From contig DEZK01000012.1 of the NCBI GenBank assembly GCA_002365175.1, positions 67,330 through 131,329 on the forward strand: 64,000 nucleotides of DNA. Direction: 5' to 3'. The notes below the pieces were generated by a model that did not search any database, was not told where the DNA came from, and saw only the letters and a list, made by a program, of their open reading frames with translations. This DNA comes from Candidatus Raskinella chloraquaticus (GTDB lineage Bacteria; Pseudomonadota; Alphaproteobacteria; Rhizobiales; UBA4765). Each line of letters starts with the position of its first letter. Position 1 is the stretch's first letter. The position numbers and the translations under genes were made by a program. Below, piece after piece: positions 17,392 through 28,320 of the stretch.

Positions 17392-18636
17392 CTATGACTG
17401 CCCCAAAGAGGGTGCCCGCGTATAATGTGACAGCACCAGCATGGCGATCACACCGCCAAGCGATGTTGCAAGGGCTGTCCACAAGGCAAAGACAGGCCCT
17501 CCCTGATCGAGTATGGCTGCAAACACAACAGGAGCGATGCCAAAGACGATATTCTGCGGCAAAGTGAGGCGGCCGGCATAGGTCCCGTAAACGGCGCGGC
17601 CAAAGAGATGCAGCGGCAAGGTGACGCGCACGATCGTCATCAACCCGGCTGAAATTCCATAGCCCAGAATAAAGAGAAACGCCGTCACAGGCGTGGCGCC
17701 GATCGCCAGGATGGCAATGAAGGCGAGGGGCTGAAGGATGACGGCGATCACACCGATGACGAGCGGCGAGTGCCGGCTGCCGCTGACAAAATCCGCCAGG
17801 CGCGCCGAGACCTGCATGATGCCGTTGAGCGAGGCGATCGTCACCGCGACGGTTTCGGCAAGGCCGAGTGATTTGAACATTTCGATGAAATGAAGCGCCA
17901 GGCCCCAACCGACAATGCCATGAAGCGATGTCGCGGTCGCAGCCAGAATGAGCGCGGGGACACGCTTTGCCGGGCCGAGAATGCCAGGCTGTTCCGCCAG
18001 GCTGTTCGTCATCGTCAGCCGATGGCGATGAGCAGCGGGCGAGGGCAACACCCACCAATGAATGGGCAGGCAGATCAGGAATTGGACAGCCGCGAAAACA
18101 AGCAGCATCAGCCGCCAGCCAAGCACGGGCAGGAGCACCTGCATGAGTGGCCAGAAGATAGTCGAGGCAAGCCCGGTAAAGAAGGTCATGAGGGTGATGG
18201 CCCGCCGCGTCCCCGCCCCCATCACCTGGGTGATGGCGGTGAAGGCTGACAGGGTCAGCGCCATCGGCATCATCAGTCCCAGAAGCACCCATCCCAGAAG
18301 ATAGGTAACCAGATCGGGCGCCAGGGCCACCACGGCAAGGCCGGCGCCCGACAGCAGCGAACCGGCCATCATGATGAAGCGGGCACCTTCGCGATCAAGC
18401 CGGCGACCGATACGCGGTGCGATCAGCGCACTGACCGTCAGCATCACAGTCAGGCCGGCATAGACGAGCTCACGCGAGGCACCAAGATCATGTTCAACCG
18501 CGCGGCCGATGATGGCGATCGGGTAGAAGGTGGTTCCCCAGCCGATCATCTGGGTGAGCGCCAGCCCGCACAAGCTCCGCACGCGGCTCACACCACCGGT
18601 CGGTTCCGGGGCAGGGTCGCCTTGCGTTGTCATCAC
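17392..18636 (-). CDS. MFS transporter
   Basis: 414 aa and highly hydrophobic, with about 12 predicted helices and an MFS loop motif ([14 protein letters not shown]) between helices 2 and 3. Its start overlaps the xseA stop by 4 nt. Confidence 0.8.
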   Translation of the reverse strand: MMTTQGDPAPEPTGGVSRVRSLCGLALTQMIGWGTTFYPIAIIGRAVEHDLGASRELVYAGLTVMLTVSALIAPRIGRRLDREGARFIMMAGSLLSGAGLAVVALAPDLVTYLLGWVLLGLMMPMALTLSAFTAITQVMGAGTRRAITLMTFFTGLASTIFWPLMQVLLPVLGWRLMLLVFAAVQFLICLPIHWWVLPSPAAHRHRLTMTNSLAEQPGILGPAKRVPALILAATATSLHGIVGWGLALHFIEMFKSLGLAETVAVTIASLNGIMQVSARLADFVSGSRHSPLVIGVIAVILQPLAFIAILAIGATPVTAFLFILGYGISAGLMTIVRVTLPLHLFGRAVYGTYAGRLTLPQNIVFGIAPVVFAAILDQGGPVFALWTALATSLGGVIAMLVLSHYTRAPSLGQS

Positions 18637-20204
18637 CCTTGCTTCACGCCGAAAAGGTCGTTTTGACCAGGCAGCAGCGCTTCACTTCCACTGCGCTTTG
18701 GCCGGGGCGGCGCGGGACCAGCTGCCGGGCGATGGACGTTCACGCTTCCATCGGCGAACTCGATGGACAGATCGTCATGGCCACCGGCTGCGGCGGCCGT
18801 CCGTAAGGGCGTACCGTCGGCGGCGCGCACAAGCGCAAAGCCGCGCGCCAGAACGCCGCGATAGCCAAGTGAGGACAAAAGGCTTGCCAGCGCCCGCAGC
18901 CGCTCAACGCGGCGCCCCGTCACGTTGGAAAATCCACCATGCAGGCGTTGGCCCAAAGCGCCCAGCTGATCGGCGCGCTGGCGCAGCGGCTGGATCAGCA
19001 GGTCGACACGCAATCTCGCGCACGCCGCGCGCACGCCCGCACCGCTGCGCTCGACGTGACGGGCGAGAGACGTCTCAAGACGCAAGGTGGATGAGCGCAG
19101 ACGCTCGCCCAACCGGTGCAGGCGCAGCAAGAGTTCGCCCGGCTGGAGAATGGCGGCGATGCGTGCGAACGCCAGGCGATGCGCCCTCAACCCGCCTTCA
19201 AGCGCCAACGGCAACCGCGCGGCAGCGCTGTCGAGGCGCTGGCGCGGCACCGCGAGCAGCATGTCTGGACGTGGCAGGGCACGCGCGCACGCGGCAAGCC
19301 GGGTCTGGCTGTTCTCGAGCTGGCGGGCGATGGCACGCGCCAGTCTGAGGCCAGTCTCGGTCAGGCCGTTCATCACTTCGGCACGCACCCTGACGGCCAG
19401 TTCGGCGGCCGCCGTCGGTGTCGGCGCACGGATGTCGGCTGCAAAGTCAATCAATGTCGTGTCGGTCTCGTGGCCTACAGCGGAGATCAGCGGGATGTCG
19501 CTTGCAGCGGCGGCGCGCACGACAATTTCCTCGTTGAACGACCACAGATCCTCAAGGCTCCCGCCGCCACGCGCCACGATCAGGATGTCGGGGCGGGGGA
19601 TCGTGCCATCCCTGCCGAGGGCGTTGAAGCCGGCGATTGCCGCTGCAATCTCCGCCGCGCTGCTCTCGCCCTGAACCCTCACCGGCCAGACGATCACCTC
19701 AAGCGGAAAGCGATCCGACAGGCGATGGAGAATGTCGCGGATGACCGCACCTGTCGGTGAGGTGACGATACCGATGACCTTGGGAAAAGGCGGCAGGAGC
19801 TGTTTGCGCGCTGCATCAAACAAGCCTTCGGCTGCCAGGCGCTTGCGCCGCTCGTCCAGCATCGCCATCAGCGCGCCGACGCCGGCTGGCTCCATCTGAT
19901 CGATGACAATCTGATATTTCGACGAGGACGGGAACGTCGTGAGCTTGCCCGAGGCGATCACTTCGAGCCCTTCCTCGGGGCGGAATTTCAAGCGCCCGAA
20001 GACACCTTTCCAGATCACCGCCTCGATGCGGGCGCTGTCGTCCTTCAAACTGAAATAGACATGGCCGGAACTGTGGGGGCCGCGATAACCGGAAATCTCG
20101 CCACGCAGGCGGACAAAGCCGAACTGGTCCTCGACGGTGCGCTTCAACGCCGTCGACAATTCGCTGACCGAATATTCACGGATATTCGAGGTGGTTTCGC
20201 TCAT
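18633..20204 (-). CDS. xseA: exodeoxyribonuclease VII large subunit
   Basis: N-terminal OB fold ([45 protein letters not shown]), a catalytic core ([16 protein letters not shown]) and a long coiled-coil tail. I take the start at the ATG at 20204 (MSETTSN). Confidence 0.9.
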   Translation of the reverse strand: MSETTSNIREYSVSELSTALKRTVEDQFGFVRLRGEISGYRGPHSSGHVYFSLKDDSARIEAVIWKGVFGRLKFRPEEGLEVIASGKLTTFPSSSKYQIVIDQMEPAGVGALMAMLDERRKRLAAEGLFDAARKQLLPPFPKVIGIVTSPTGAVIRDILHRLSDRFPLEVIVWPVRVQGESSAAEIAAAIAGFNALGRDGTIPRPDILIVARGGGSLEDLWSFNEEIVVRAAAASDIPLISAVGHETDTTLIDFAADIRAPTPTAAAELAVRVRAEVMNGLTETGLRLARAIARQLENSQTRLAACARALPRPDMLLAVPRQRLDSAAARLPLALEGGLRAHRLAFARIAAILQPGELLLRLHRLGERLRSSTLRLETSLARHVERSGAGVRAACARLRVDLLIQPLRQRADQLGALGQRLHGGFSNVTGRRVERLRALASLLSSLGYRGVLARGFALVRAADGTPLRTAAAAGGHDDLSIEFADGSVNVHRPAAGPAPPRPKRSGSEALLPGQNDLFGVKQG

Positions 20205-20335
20205 GACGTGAGTGTTTTCATGCCCGCGCCCGTCCGGCAAGCGCATAGCTGGTATTTTTCATTTTTTTAGCGTGGCTGGCCCTTTGCTGTCATTTTGCTA
20301 TGGAACAACCGCCTTCAATACGGCAGGAATGACCT

Positions 20336-21607
20336 ATGAACGTACTTCTGATCGGTTCGGGCGGTCGTGAACACGCGCTTGCCTGGGCGCTTTGCGCCAG
20401 CCCCAGCCTGACAAGGCTTTACGCCGCGCCCGGCAATCCCGGCATTGCCCAATTGGCGATCTGCGTGGATGTCGCCATCGACGATCATGCCGGGCTGATC
20501 GCGCTGTGCCGGGACAAGATGATCGACCTGGTAGTGGTCGGCCCCGAGGCGCCGCTGGTTGCCGGCCTCGTCGACGAGTTGCAGGCGGCCGGCGTCCTGG
20601 CGTTTGGACCCGGCAGGGCGGCGGCCCAGCTTGAGGGCTCGAAAGGCTTTACCAAGGATCTCTGCCGCGAGGCTGGCATCCCGACCGCTGCCTATGGTCG
20701 CTTCAGCGACAAGTCCGCAGCGCTTGCCTATCTGCGCAATTGCGCCATGCCCATCGTCGTCAAGGCCGACGGGCTCGCGGCCGGCAAGGGCGTGACGGTC
20801 GCCACGTCATATGACGAAGCCGCGGCGGCGATCAGCGCCTGCTTCGCCGGCACGTTCGGCGCAGCTGGTGGCGAGGTCGTCATCGAGGACTTCATGGAGG
20901 GTGAGGAAGTCTCGTTTTTCGTGCTGAGCGATGGCAAGTCCATTCTGCCCTTCGGCTCGGCGCAGGATCACAAGCGCGTGGGCGATGGCGATACCGGCCC
21001 CAATACGGGCGGCATGGGGGCTTACGCGCCTGCTCCCGTCTTCACGCCGGATCTTGAAGCAGCGGCGCTTGAGACAATCATCCGCCCTGCCATCGCGGCG
21101 ATGGCGGCACGCGGCATGCCGTTTCGCGGTGTGCTGTTTGCAGGCCTGATGCTGACGGGGGACGGGCCAAAGCTCATCGAATTCAATTGCCGGTTTGGCG
21201 ACCCTGAAACCGAAGTGCTGATGCGTTTGCTGAAGGACGATCTCCTCCTGCTCCTTCACGCCGCGGCAAGCGGCACGCTGGCGAGTATGAGCGCGCGCTG
21301 GCACAAAGGTGCGGCGATGACGGTCGTGCTGGCGGCCAAAGGCTATCCTGACGCGCCACAAAAGGGCGGGATCATCCGCAACCTCGAACAGGCCGCGGCC
21401 CTGGACGGGGTTGAAATCTTCCACGCCGGCACGGCAATCAGCGCCGGCCATCTCGTGGCAAGCGGTGGCCGGGTCTTGAATGTAACGTCCACCGCCCCCA
21501 CTCTGCCTGAGGCGCGCGCCCTTGCCTATGCAGCAGTCGATCTCATCGATTTCAAGGATGGCTTTTGTCGCCGCGATATCGGCCACCGGGCGATCAACCA
21601 AGACTGA
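20336..21607 (+). CDS. purD: phosphoribosylamine--glycine ligase
   Basis: 423 aa starting [17 protein letters not shown], with an ATP-grasp core and [10 protein letters not shown]. Confidence 0.95.
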   Translation: MNVLLIGSGGREHALAWALCASPSLTRLYAAPGNPGIAQLAICVDVAIDDHAGLIALCRDKMIDLVVVGPEAPLVAGLVDELQAAGVLAFGPGRAAAQLEGSKGFTKDLCREAGIPTAAYGRFSDKSAALAYLRNCAMPIVVKADGLAAGKGVTVATSYDEAAAAISACFAGTFGAAGGEVVIEDFMEGEEVSFFVLSDGKSILPFGSAQDHKRVGDGDTGPNTGGMGAYAPAPVFTPDLEAAALETIIRPAIAAMAARGMPFRGVLFAGLMLTGDGPKLIEFNCRFGDPETEVLMRLLKDDLLLLLHAAASGTLASMSARWHKGAAMTVVLAAKGYPDAPQKGGIIRNLEQAAALDGVEIFHAGTAISAGHLVASGGRVLNVTSTAPTLPEARALAYAAVDLIDFKDGFCRRDIGHRAINQD

Positions 21608-21643
21608 GGGACTTATCAAGTCTCAGGAGGACCAACCGCCGCC

Positions 21644-22735
21644 ATGGCAGAAGCGAGCTTCGACCGCCAGCGTGACTTTTCCGGAACACGGGCACCGGCA
21701 GGCGCCGTTGCCGTCGATGGCGCGCGGTTGACGGCGTGGATGGTGCGCCATGTCCACCATTTCTCCGGCCCCCTGGAGATCGCCCAGTTCAAGGGCGGGC
21801 AGTCGAACCCGACTTTTCTTCTCACGACGCCCGCCCGCGCCTATGTCCTGCGCCGCAAGCCGCCAGGCACCTTGCTGGCGTCAGCGCATGCGGTCGACCG
21901 TGAATTCCGCGTCATGTCAGCCCTCGACCAGCAGGGGTTCCCGGTGGCAAAACCGCTGGCACTCTGCCTGGACGACAGCATCATCGGCACCATCTTCTAT
22001 ATCATGGCCCATGTTGCAGGCCGCATCGTCTGGGAGCCGACGATGCCAGGGGCCGGCAATGAGGAACGTGGTCTTGTGTTCGATGCCATGAACGCCACGC
22101 TGGCGCGTCTTCACAGCTTCAAGCCTGAGGCACTCGGGCTTGGCGATTTCGGCAAGGCGGACAATTATGTCCTGCGCCAGATCAACCGATGGACCCGGCA
22201 ATATGAGGCCTCGCGCACGGACGATATTTCCCAGATGGCGAAGCTTGCCGCCTGGTTGCCCGGTGCTTTGCCGCCATCGCGCCCGGCGCGGCTCGTGCAT
22301 GGCGATTTCCGGCTCGATAATCTTATCCTTGATGCCGATCAGCCGCTGATCCGGGCGGTCATCGACTGGGAGCTGGCAACGCTCGGCGACCCGCTGGCTG
22401 ACTTCACCTATCATCTGATGCAATGGATCCTGCCAGCAGCGCCGGGCGGAGGTGGTATCGCCTCGCTCGCGGGCGTTGATCTTGCGCGCCTCGGCATTCC
22501 GCAGCTGGAGGCTTATGCCAGCGCCTATGGTTTGCGGACCGGTTTTGATCCCCTGCCTCATCTCGATTTCTATTTTGCCTATAATCTCTTCCGCCTTGCC
22601 TGCATTCTCCAGGGTATTGCCGGGCGCGCGCGTGATGGTACGGCGGCAAGCAGCACGGCAGAGGTGATGTTCGGGCAAATTCGCCCGCTTGCCGAAGCCG
22701 GCTGGCGGTATGCGCAAAAAGCCGGTGCCCGCTGA
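21644..22735 (+). CDS. phosphotransferase (APH/choline-kinase-like) family protein
   Basis: 363 aa with FKGGQSNPTFLL, the catalytic LVHGDFRLDNLI (HGD..N) and the DWE motif of the kinase-like fold. Confidence 0.8.
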   Translation: MAEASFDRQRDFSGTRAPAGAVAVDGARLTAWMVRHVHHFSGPLEIAQFKGGQSNPTFLLTTPARAYVLRRKPPGTLLASAHAVDREFRVMSALDQQGFPVAKPLALCLDDSIIGTIFYIMAHVAGRIVWEPTMPGAGNEERGLVFDAMNATLARLHSFKPEALGLGDFGKADNYVLRQINRWTRQYEASRTDDISQMAKLAAWLPGALPPSRPARLVHGDFRLDNLILDADQPLIRAVIDWELATLGDPLADFTYHLMQWILPAAPGGGGIASLAGVDLARLGIPQLEAYASAYGLRTGFDPLPHLDFYFAYNLFRLACILQGIAGRARDGTAASSTAEVMFGQIRPLAEAGWRYAQKAGAR

Positions 22736-23679
22736 TGGCAAACCCTCCCCGTCTCAAGGCAGCACCGTTGCCCGATCTGGCGGCGCGGCTGTTTCGCGGC
22801 AAAAAACCCGCCGCCCAATCAGCGCCTGCCCTACCCGATCCGTCACCGCCTGGCATCGGTCTGGCATTGGGATCGGGGGGAGCGCGCGGGTTTGGCATCA
22901 TCCCCGTTCTGGAAGCCTTTGATGATCTTGGCGTGAGGCCGGTGGCGATCGCTGGCACGTCGATGGGTGCCATATTAGGGGCTGCCTACGCTGCGGGTTT
23001 CAGCGGCAGCGATCTGCGCAGCCATGTGTTGCGCATCTTCCGTAACCGCCGGCAGGTGACGAGCTACCTGCTGGAAGCGCGGGTTGGCCGTTTTGTTGAT
23101 TTCTTCGGCGGGCTTGGCAATCCGGTGATGGTCGACGGGGAGCGCCTGCTTGAGCGCTTCTGGCCGGTGGGCATGCCCGCTGATTTCAGCGAACTGGCGA
23201 TCCCTTTCACTGCGGTCGCCGCCAATCTGCTGGCACGGGACGAGGCGCAACTATCCTCGGGGCCCCTGATCAGCGCGGTTGCCGCGTCGCTGGCCATTCC
23301 AGGCATCGTGCGCCCGGTCGAGCGCGACGGTCTGGTGCTGATCGACGGCTTCGTCGTCAACCCGGTGCCGGTCGACGTGGTGGCGCGCCGCGCCGACAAG
23401 GTGATCGCGGTTGATGCCAGCGGGGGCGACCAGCCGCATCTGGTGCGCACCACCAGCCTTCCCAATGCCTATCAGGCACTCTATCAGGCAGCCTCTATCA
23501 TGGAACAAAGGCTGATGCGGGCGAAATTCGCCTCGACCCCGCCCGATGTTCATCTTGCCCCCCATGTCGGCAGCTTCGGTGCCCTTGATTTCTTGAAGGC
23601 GCCGACCATCCTGCGGGCCGCCGAGCCGATCCGCGAAGCGGCCAAACGCGCTATTCATGCGCTGCTGGAGGGGATGTGA
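22735..23679 (+). CDS. patatin-like phospholipase family protein
   Basis: 314 aa with an oxyanion GSGGARG, the nucleophile elbow GTSMG and a catalytic Asp in LIDGF. Its ATG overlaps the upstream stop (TGATG). Confidence 0.85.
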   Translation: MANPPRLKAAPLPDLAARLFRGKKPAAQSAPALPDPSPPGIGLALGSGGARGFGIIPVLEAFDDLGVRPVAIAGTSMGAILGAAYAAGFSGSDLRSHVLRIFRNRRQVTSYLLEARVGRFVDFFGGLGNPVMVDGERLLERFWPVGMPADFSELAIPFTAVAANLLARDEAQLSSGPLISAVAASLAIPGIVRPVERDGLVLIDGFVVNPVPVDVVARRADKVIAVDASGGDQPHLVRTTSLPNAYQALYQAASIMEQRLMRAKFASTPPDVHLAPHVGSFGALDFLKAPTILRAAEPIREAAKRAIHALLEGM

Positions 23680-24227
23680 GGGCGAAGGAAGAGAAGCTGG
23701 CTGTCACCGGCCATCCGGCTCTCGATGAACGCCATGCCGTCGGGTAGCGCGAAGGGCGTGTCACGGCGCTCCTCGACGATGACAATCCCTCTTTCAGCAA
23801 TCCACCCGCCGGCAAGCGCCGAGGTGATTGCCTTTTCACCAAGCCCTTTGCCGTAGGGCGGGTCGCAGAAGACGAGATCATAGGGTTGGGCAGGGGCTGC
23901 CGGCCCAAGCCTGGTGGCGTCACGACGAAACAGCTTGGTGACACCGGTGAGACCAAGCGCCTCGATATTGGTGCGGATGATGGCGCGCGCGGCTGCGCCG
24001 TCGTCGACGAACAGCGCAAACCTGGCGCCGCGCGACAGCGCCTCAAGCCCCAGCGCGCCGGTGCCGGCAAAAAGGTCAAGCACACGGGCACCGCTGACGA
24101 TATCCTCATAGGTATGCGCGAGGATATTGAACAGGGTCTCGCGCAGACGGTCGCTGGTCGGGCGGATCGATTGGTCGCCTGGCCCCAGCAGGCCATGCCC
24201 CCGGAAGCTGCCGGCGACGATACGCAT
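23655..24227 (-). CDS. rsmD: 16S rRNA (guanine966-N2)-methyltransferase
   Basis: 190 aa starting MRIVAGSFRG, with RPTSDRLRETLFNIL, a SAM-binding DLFAGTGALGLEALSRGA motif and DPPY. Confidence 0.9.
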   Translation of the reverse strand: MRIVAGSFRGHGLLGPGDQSIRPTSDRLRETLFNILAHTYEDIVSGARVLDLFAGTGALGLEALSRGARFALFVDDGAAARAIIRTNIEALGLTGVTKLFRRDATRLGPAAPAQPYDLVFCDPPYGKGLGEKAITSALAGGWIAERGIVIVEERRDTPFALPDGMAFIESRMAGDSQLLFLRPHIPSSSA

Positions 24228-24233
24228 GGCCGC

Positions 24234-25877
24234 TCAGACGCCACGGCGCGGCGGACGCGGTCCGCGCGGCTTGTCACCGCCCGGGCCGGGACGCCGTGGT
24301 CCGCCACCATCGCGTGAACGCCCAGCAGCCGGGCCATCCTTGGGCGGCCGCGATCGGGCGCCAGCGAACCCGCGTGGCTTAGCAGCCTCGCCAGGTGCTC
24401 GTGCTGGCCGCCATGGCTTATCGAATGCCTTGCGGCCACCTTCCTCGCCGTCGCGGCGGGGCGGGCGGTCGCGGAAACCTTCGGAGCGTGCGGGGCGGGC
24501 CGGGCGGTCACCAGAGGCGCGTGCCTTCCGGCCACCTTCCTCGCCGTCGCGACGTGGTGGGCGGTCGCGGAAGCCTTCGGAGCGTGCGGGGCGGGCCGGG
24601 CGATCGCGGAAGCCTTCGGAGCGCATCGGCCGCTCTCCCCGTTCAGCCGCTTGCGGGCGGGGTGCTGGCGCATCGCGGAACGGGCGCTTGCTGACGCGCG
24701 GCTTGCGCTCGCCGTCAGTGTGCGCGTCAGCGCCGGCGGATTTGCGCGCGACCAGTACCGCCCGCCCCTTGCGATCAGCAATGGTCTTGGGCTTTGCCGA
24801 CAAGGTGCCCGTCGCCGCGTCACGCTCGACCTTCGGCCCGTCATAGCGGGAAGGCTTTCTCACCTGACGCGGCTGATGGACTGCCCGGTCCTGCATGCCG
24901 GCAAAACGTTCGGCCTTGGCAGTTGCACGGCCAGCGCCGGCGGGCGGCTCACCCGATCGCTCAGGCCGCGCGATACCCGGGCGTTTGCGATAGGGCTCGC
25001 GCGCCTCAACCGGCTCAGGGCGCGGGGCAGGCTGGCGCTGGTGAACAGGTCCGTCGAAATCCACGCCCGCCTCGTCAGCAAGACGGGGTCCCAGCTGGTC
25101 ACGCAGCCGGCGGCGCGGGACTTCCATCACATCGCCAGCCTCGATCTCGCCGAGCTGGAAGGGACCATAGGAGACGCGTATCAGACGGTTCACCTCGAGC
25201 CCCAGATGCTGAAGGATGATCCGTACCTCGCGGTTCTTGCCTTCGCGCAGGCCAAGAATCAGCCAGACATTATCGCCCTGCACGCGCTCGATCTGGGCTT
25301 CCACCGGACCATAGGAGATGCCATCCACCGTCAACCCGTCGGCCAGCGCGGCAAGGGCCTGGTCATCGGCACGGCCAAAGGCGCGCACCCGGTAGCGACG
25401 CAGCCAGCCGGTCGCCGGCAGTTCGAGGAGGCGTTTCAAACCGCCGTCATTGGTGAGCAGAAGAAGTCCTTCGGTATTGAAATCAAGACGGCCTACCGCC
25501 AGAAGGCGCGGCAATTGCGCCGGCAGATCGTCAAACACGGTCGGGCGCCCTTCCGGGTCGTGCTCGGTCGTGATCCGCCCGCGCGGCTTGTGATAGAGGA
25601 AAAGCCGCGTGCGCTCGGGGTTGGGCAAGGCGACGCCGTCAACCAGCACGATATCGCTCGGCAGTACGTTGAGGGCTGGCGTATCGACGATACGACCATT
25701 GACGCTGACCCGGCCAGAGGTAATGAACGCCTCGGCATCGCGACGCGAGGCAAGCCCGGCGCGGGCAATCACTTTCGCCAGCCGGTTACCGGGAAAGGAT
25801 TTGTCGCCTTTTTCGGTCGGCAGGCGCTGGCGGCGCGGGAGGGGGCGGTCTTTGCGCGGCGGGCGGTAATCGGGCAT
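24234..25877 (-). CDS. rluB: RsuA/RluB-family rRNA pseudouridine synthase with a long Arg/Gly/Pro/Glu-rich C-terminal tail
   Basis: It has an S4 domain (RLAKVIARAGLASRRDAEAFITSGRVSVNG) and a catalytic motif (GRLDFNTEGLLLLTNDG). I take the start at the ATG at 25877 (MPDYRPP). The C-terminal ~280 aa are low-complexity. Confidence 0.85.
   Translation of the reverse strand: MPDYRPPRKDRPLPRRQRLPTEKGDKSFPGNRLAKVIARAGLASRRDAEAFITSGRVSVNGRIVDTPALNVLPSDIVLVDGVALPNPERTRLFLYHKPRGRITTEHDPEGRPTVFDDLPAQLPRLLAVGRLDFNTEGLLLLTNDGGLKRLLELPATGWLRRYRVRAFGRADDQALAALADGLTVDGISYGPVEAQIERVQGDNVWLILGLREGKNREVRIILQHLGLEVNRLIRVSYGPFQLGEIEAGDVMEVPRRRLRDQLGPRLADEAGVDFDGPVHQRQPAPRPEPVEAREPYRKRPGIARPERSGEPPAGAGRATAKAERFAGMQDRAVHQPRQVRKPSRYDGPKVERDAATGTLSAKPKTIADRKGRAVLVARKSAGADAHTDGERKPRVSKRPFRDAPAPRPQAAERGERPMRSEGFRDRPARPARSEGFRDRPPRRDGEEGGRKARASGDRPARPARSEGFRDRPPRRDGEEGGRKAFDKPWRPARAPGEAAKPRGFAGARSRPPKDGPAAGRSRDGGGPRRPGPGGDKPRGPRPPRRGV
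24434..24625. repeat. coding tandem repeat (2 x 96 nt, with a nested ~24-nt sub-repeat) inside the rluB tail
   Basis: GGCCACCTTCCTCGCCGTCGCG... recurs at 24434 and 24530. The protein repeats DRPARPARSEGFRDRPPRRDGEEGGRKA twice and SEGFRDRP three times. Confidence 0.8.
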
Positions 25878-25927
25878 GGACGGGTGTCTCGCTGAACGGC
25901 AGGGAGGCTCGTTTAACAGGGAAAGCC

Positions 25928-26383
25928 ATGGCAAGCGAGACAGAAAACCCGTGGGATGCGGCGTTCAGCGAAGCGCGGCAGGCCGCAGCACGCGGCGAAG
26001 TGCCGGTTGGCGCGGTGGTTGTTGCGCCCGACGGCAGGATCGTGGCGCGCGCCGGCAACCGGACGATTGCTGACAATGACCCGAGCGCCCACGCCGAAAT
26101 TCTTGCCCTGCGCGCCGCCTGCCGGCTCGCGGCCAGCCCAAGATTGCCGGACCATGATCTCTATGTGACGCTGGAGCCCTGCCCGATGTGCGCGGGCGCG
26201 CTTTCTTTCGCGCGCATCCGCCGGCTCTATTTTTCGGCCTTCGACGAGAAGGGGGGCGCGGTTGAAAACGGGGTACGCTATTTCGAGGACCCGTCCTGCC
26301 ACCATGTGCCGGAATGCTATGGGGGATTGCGCGAGCGTGAGGCGAGCGATCTGCTCAAGGCGTTTTTTGCCGAGAAACGCTGA
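25928..26383 (+). CDS. tadA: tRNA adenosine(34) deaminase
   Basis: 151 aa with the zinc motifs HAE and PCPMC(AGA), and a typical TadA N-terminus (EARQAAARGEVPVGAVVV). Confidence 0.9.
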   Translation: MASETENPWDAAFSEARQAAARGEVPVGAVVVAPDGRIVARAGNRTIADNDPSAHAEILALRAACRLAASPRLPDHDLYVTLEPCPMCAGALSFARIRRLYFSAFDEKGGAVENGVRYFEDPSCHHVPECYGGLREREASDLLKAFFAEKR

Positions 26384-26384
26384 A

Positions 26385-28145
26385 TCAGCGACGCGCGAAC
26401 AGCCGCTCAATATCGCCCTTGCCAAGCTTCACATAAGTCGGGCGGCCGTGATTGCAGGTGGAGGCGTTGGGCGTCTCCTCCATCTGGCGCAGCAGCGCGT
26501 TCATTTCTTCGATCCTGAGGCGGCGCCCGGCGCGCACCGAGCCGTGGCAGGCCATGCGCGAGGCGATGGCCCACAGCCTTGCCTCGAGCCCACGCGCCTC
26601 TTCCCAGTTGCTGAGTTCTTCAGCCAGATCGCGGATCAGCCCGGTGATGTCTGCATCGCCGAGAAGCGACGGCGTTTCGCGCACGATGATGGCGCCATCA
26701 CCAAAGCCCTCGATGACCAGACCAAGCCGCGCCAGCTCGCCGCTCGCCTGCAGGAGCGCCTCGGCAAGCCGCCCGGGCATGTGAACGATCTCGGGCACGA
26801 GCAGGATCTGGCGGGCGAGCGCGTCGGCATGCGACATCCGTTCCTTCATCGCCTCGTAGACAAGACGCTCATGGGCCGCATGCTGATCAACAAGCACCAG
26901 GCCATCACTGGTCTCAGCCAGGATATAGGCAAGATGCAGCTGTGCCCGTGCAGCACCAAGGGGGAAGGCGGGAAGCGGCGCATCCTCGAGCGGCGCGGGG
27001 GCTGCCACTGGCGCAAAGCCGGCAAAGGCCGCCTGCGCAGCCTCGGCAAAGCCCGCGCTTGAGCCCGTGCGCGCGCCTGCGAAGGATGGATACCCCGCTG
27101 GCCGGGCCACATAACTATCGAGGCTGGCGGCCAGCCCTGCCGTCATGGCCGGCATCGCCGCATGCAGCGTCTGACGCAGGGCTGACACCAGCAATGCCCG
27201 CACATGGGCCGGATCGCGAAAGCGCACTTCCGCCTTGGCTGGATGCACATTGACGTCGACATCACGCGGATCAATCGCAAGAAAGAGAACGGCGACGGCG
27301 TGGCGGTCGCGCGGCAGCGCATCGCCATACGCTGCCCGCAAGACGCCCAGAAGCAATCTGTCGCGCACGGGACGGTCGTTGACAAAGAGAAACTGGTCGC
27401 GGGCCGTCGCGCGGTTGGCGGCGGGGCGCCCGATAAAGCCGGTGAGCGACAACCCCTCCTTGCCGGCACTGACGGCGAGGCAATCGCCGAGCGTATCGGC
27501 GCCAAGGATCGCGGCAAGCCGCGCGGGCAGCGCCTGATCGCCATCTGCCGTGGCGATCCGGCGTGCCGCCCGCTCGCCCAGGCGCAAGGTGAAACGAACA
27601 GAGGGCGCCGCAAGCGCGAGCCGCTCAACGACATCGGTGATGGCCGCTGATTCAGCGCGCTCGGAGCGCAGGAATTTCAAGCGCGCGGGGGTAGCAAAAA
27701 AGAGATCGCGGACCTCGATTGTCGTGCCCTGCCCGCGCGCCGCAGGATAAGGATCACCCTTGCGACCGCCTGTCACATCGAGCGCCAAGGCGTGCGGGGC
27801 GTCAGCTGTGCGGGTGGTGATTGAAAGCCGCGCCACCGAGCCGATCGAGGGCAGCGCCTCGCCGCGAAAGCCGAGCGTGCGGATATCAACGAGATCATCA
27901 TCAGGAAGTTTGGAGGTGGCGTGACGATCAACACAGAGCACGAGGTCGTCGCGGTTCATGCCGGCGCCGTCATCGCTCACCGCAATCAGCGTGCGCCCGC
28001 CATCGCGCACGCCGATCTCGATCGACCGCGCCCCCGCATCGATGGCGTTCTCGACCAGCTCCTTGACGACGGATGCCGGGCGCTCGACGACTTCGCCGGC
28101 AGCAATACGGCTCTGCAGGGTTTCAGGCAGCTGGCGGACAGGCAT
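26385..28145 (-). CDS. mutL: DNA mismatch repair endonuclease MutL
   Basis: The N-terminus MPVRQLPETLQSRIAAGEVVERPASVVKELVENAIDAGA shows the GHKL ATPase fold, and the C-terminal endonuclease region carries DQHAAHERL. I take the start at the ATG at 28145. Confidence 0.9.
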   Translation of the reverse strand: MPVRQLPETLQSRIAAGEVVERPASVVKELVENAIDAGARSIEIGVRDGGRTLIAVSDDGAGMNRDDLVLCVDRHATSKLPDDDLVDIRTLGFRGEALPSIGSVARLSITTRTADAPHALALDVTGGRKGDPYPAARGQGTTIEVRDLFFATPARLKFLRSERAESAAITDVVERLALAAPSVRFTLRLGERAARRIATADGDQALPARLAAILGADTLGDCLAVSAGKEGLSLTGFIGRPAANRATARDQFLFVNDRPVRDRLLLGVLRAAYGDALPRDRHAVAVLFLAIDPRDVDVNVHPAKAEVRFRDPAHVRALLVSALRQTLHAAMPAMTAGLAASLDSYVARPAGYPSFAGARTGSSAGFAEAAQAAFAGFAPVAAPAPLEDAPLPAFPLGAARAQLHLAYILAETSDGLVLVDQHAAHERLVYEAMKERMSHADALARQILLVPEIVHMPGRLAEALLQASGELARLGLVIEGFGDGAIIVRETPSLLGDADITGLIRDLAEELSNWEEARGLEARLWAIASRMACHGSVRAGRRLRIEEMNALLRQMEETPNASTCNHGRPTYVKLGKGDIERLFARR

Positions 28146-28320
28146 GGCGATTCGCACAAAGAGAGGGGTGCAGTATGCCCCGACCCACCAGCCGGCAACA
28201 GGTGCCAGCGGCGAAAAACCTGGAGCAAATGGCGCTTGCGCGGAATGGCCATCCGCTCTTGTCTTATTGTTGGTGCAACCGTTATCGAAAAACCGGTTTC
28301 CGCTTTTTCAAGAGCACGCG

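Noticed and set aside
24434-24625. Possible CRISPR-like or VNTR array suggested by the 96-nt repeats
   Set aside because: There are only two units with no unique spacers, and both lie entirely inside a coding frame that they preserve. No cas genes are present. I interpret this as a coding tandem duplication.
23651-24846. Long ORFs in both strands (397 aa minus, 239 aa plus) over the rsmD/rluB-tail region
   Set aside because: They are artefacts of the GC-rich, repeat-containing rluB tail. Their products are extreme Arg/Pro/Ala/Ser low-complexity sequence and overlap the well-supported rsmD and rluB frames.
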